DNA from: an uncultured delta proteobacterium | GTDB taxonomy: Bacteria > Myxococcota > Myxococcia > Myxococcales > Myxococcaceae | Assembly (NCBI GenBank): GCA_963796055.1 | Contig: CAWCKH010000003.1 | Span: forward strand, 576,001-640,000 | Reading direction: 5' to 3' | DNA length: 64,000 bases | Position numbers and translations under genes: made by a program | Notes under the pieces: model-generated | What the model was told of the DNA's origin: nothing | Database searches by the model: none | Seen by the model: the letters and a program-made list of their open reading frames with translations, nothing else | Shown: positions 63,490 to 64,000 of the stretch, piece by piece | How the letters are laid out: each line of letters begins with the position of its first letter | Numbering within the stretch: position 1 is the first letter of the stretch

Positions 63490-64000
63490 TCAGAAGGCGA
63501 AGTCGATCCCGGCGAGCACAGTGGTGCCCTTCGGCTTCCTGCTGTTGGCGGTGTCGTCGTTGACCGTGTTGGTCACCTGGCTTCCTTCCAGCACCAGGGC
63601 GACGTCGGCCCGGTTCCCGAACTCGAGCGTCCAGCGGACTCCGAGGGTCAAGGCGGTCAGGTCACCTTCGCTCTCAGGGATGGTGTCCGTCCCCGCCTGA
63701 GTCGTCGTGATCCGCTCCCAGCGAGCGTAGACGATCCAGTTGAAGTTCGGGACGTAGCTCAGCTCCACGAACCCGCCGATCCACTGGGCGGAACGGACCC
63801 CGTCGGTGATCAGCGCCTGGTCCTCGTTCCCGGCCATGAACACCCCGGTGAGGTCGAGCGGATTGACGTTGCTCAGGAAGAGAAGGTGCAGGTCCGCGCC
63901 GTACTTCTGGTACGGCTGGTTGGAGTACGCGGTCCCGTTCACCGGAACGGCCTCCCCGGTCGCGGGATCGGTCTGGGTCAGCGCCTGCGTCGGATGCCAC
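63490..64000 (-). CDS. Outer-membrane beta-barrel protein, C-terminal part (5' end outside window)
   Basis: Frame open to the window edge; amphipathic strands (GGFVELSY, WIVYARWE, LTLGVRW) and terminal LAGIDFAF. Confidence 0.75.
   Translation of the reverse strand, partial: WHPTQALTQTDPATGEAVPVNGTAYSNQPYQKYGADLHLLFLSNVNPLDLTGVFMAGNEDQALITDGVRSAQWIGGFVELSYVPNFNWIVYARWERITTTQAGTDTIPESEGDLTALTLGVRWTLEFGNRADVALVLEGSQVTNTVNDDTANSRKPKGTTVLAGIDFAF

Overview
GC-rich, gene-dense window with no rRNA, tRNA, CRISPR, transposase, integrase or phage signal. Gene content suggests a Myxococcota-type soil bacterium (inference). In order: the end of a urea ABC transporter (urtBCDE) joined to a urease operon (ureD, fused gamma-beta, ureC, ureF, ureG; no ureE) whose proteins resemble the plant/fungal type; a 5'-degraded GntR regulator with an atypical M1 peptidase; a NifA-like sigma54 activator; an ABC-2 exporter; a complete Thermus-order V/A-ATPase operon; a DAO-family oxidoreductase; GerW/Pcm-EreB/DUF302; a group 1 membrane-bound [NiFe]-hydrogenase with hypFCDE (no hypAB); a MacAB-like exporter; a ferritin-like protein; a HupE/UreJ protein with a His-rich leader ORF and TonB receptor; MscS with two CPA antiporters; an M3-like peptidase; alkaline phosphatase; CDF; MarR; and a porin/cytochrome c/heme-copper oxidase operon running off the right edge. 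Top candidates for undescribed biology: (1) a stand-alone crotonase in the hyp operon carrying a HypX-like Tyr/Glu motif but no formyltransferase domain; (2) a His-rich, Pro-rich upstream ORF ending QAP-stop before a metal TonB receptor, built like CruR-type arrest-peptide leaders; (3) an A-family oxidase that has lost its K-channel residues and is co-transcribed with an outer-membrane beta-barrel, two diheme cytochromes and an unannotated CxxC mini-protein. All assignments come from motif recognition by eye; no searches were run.
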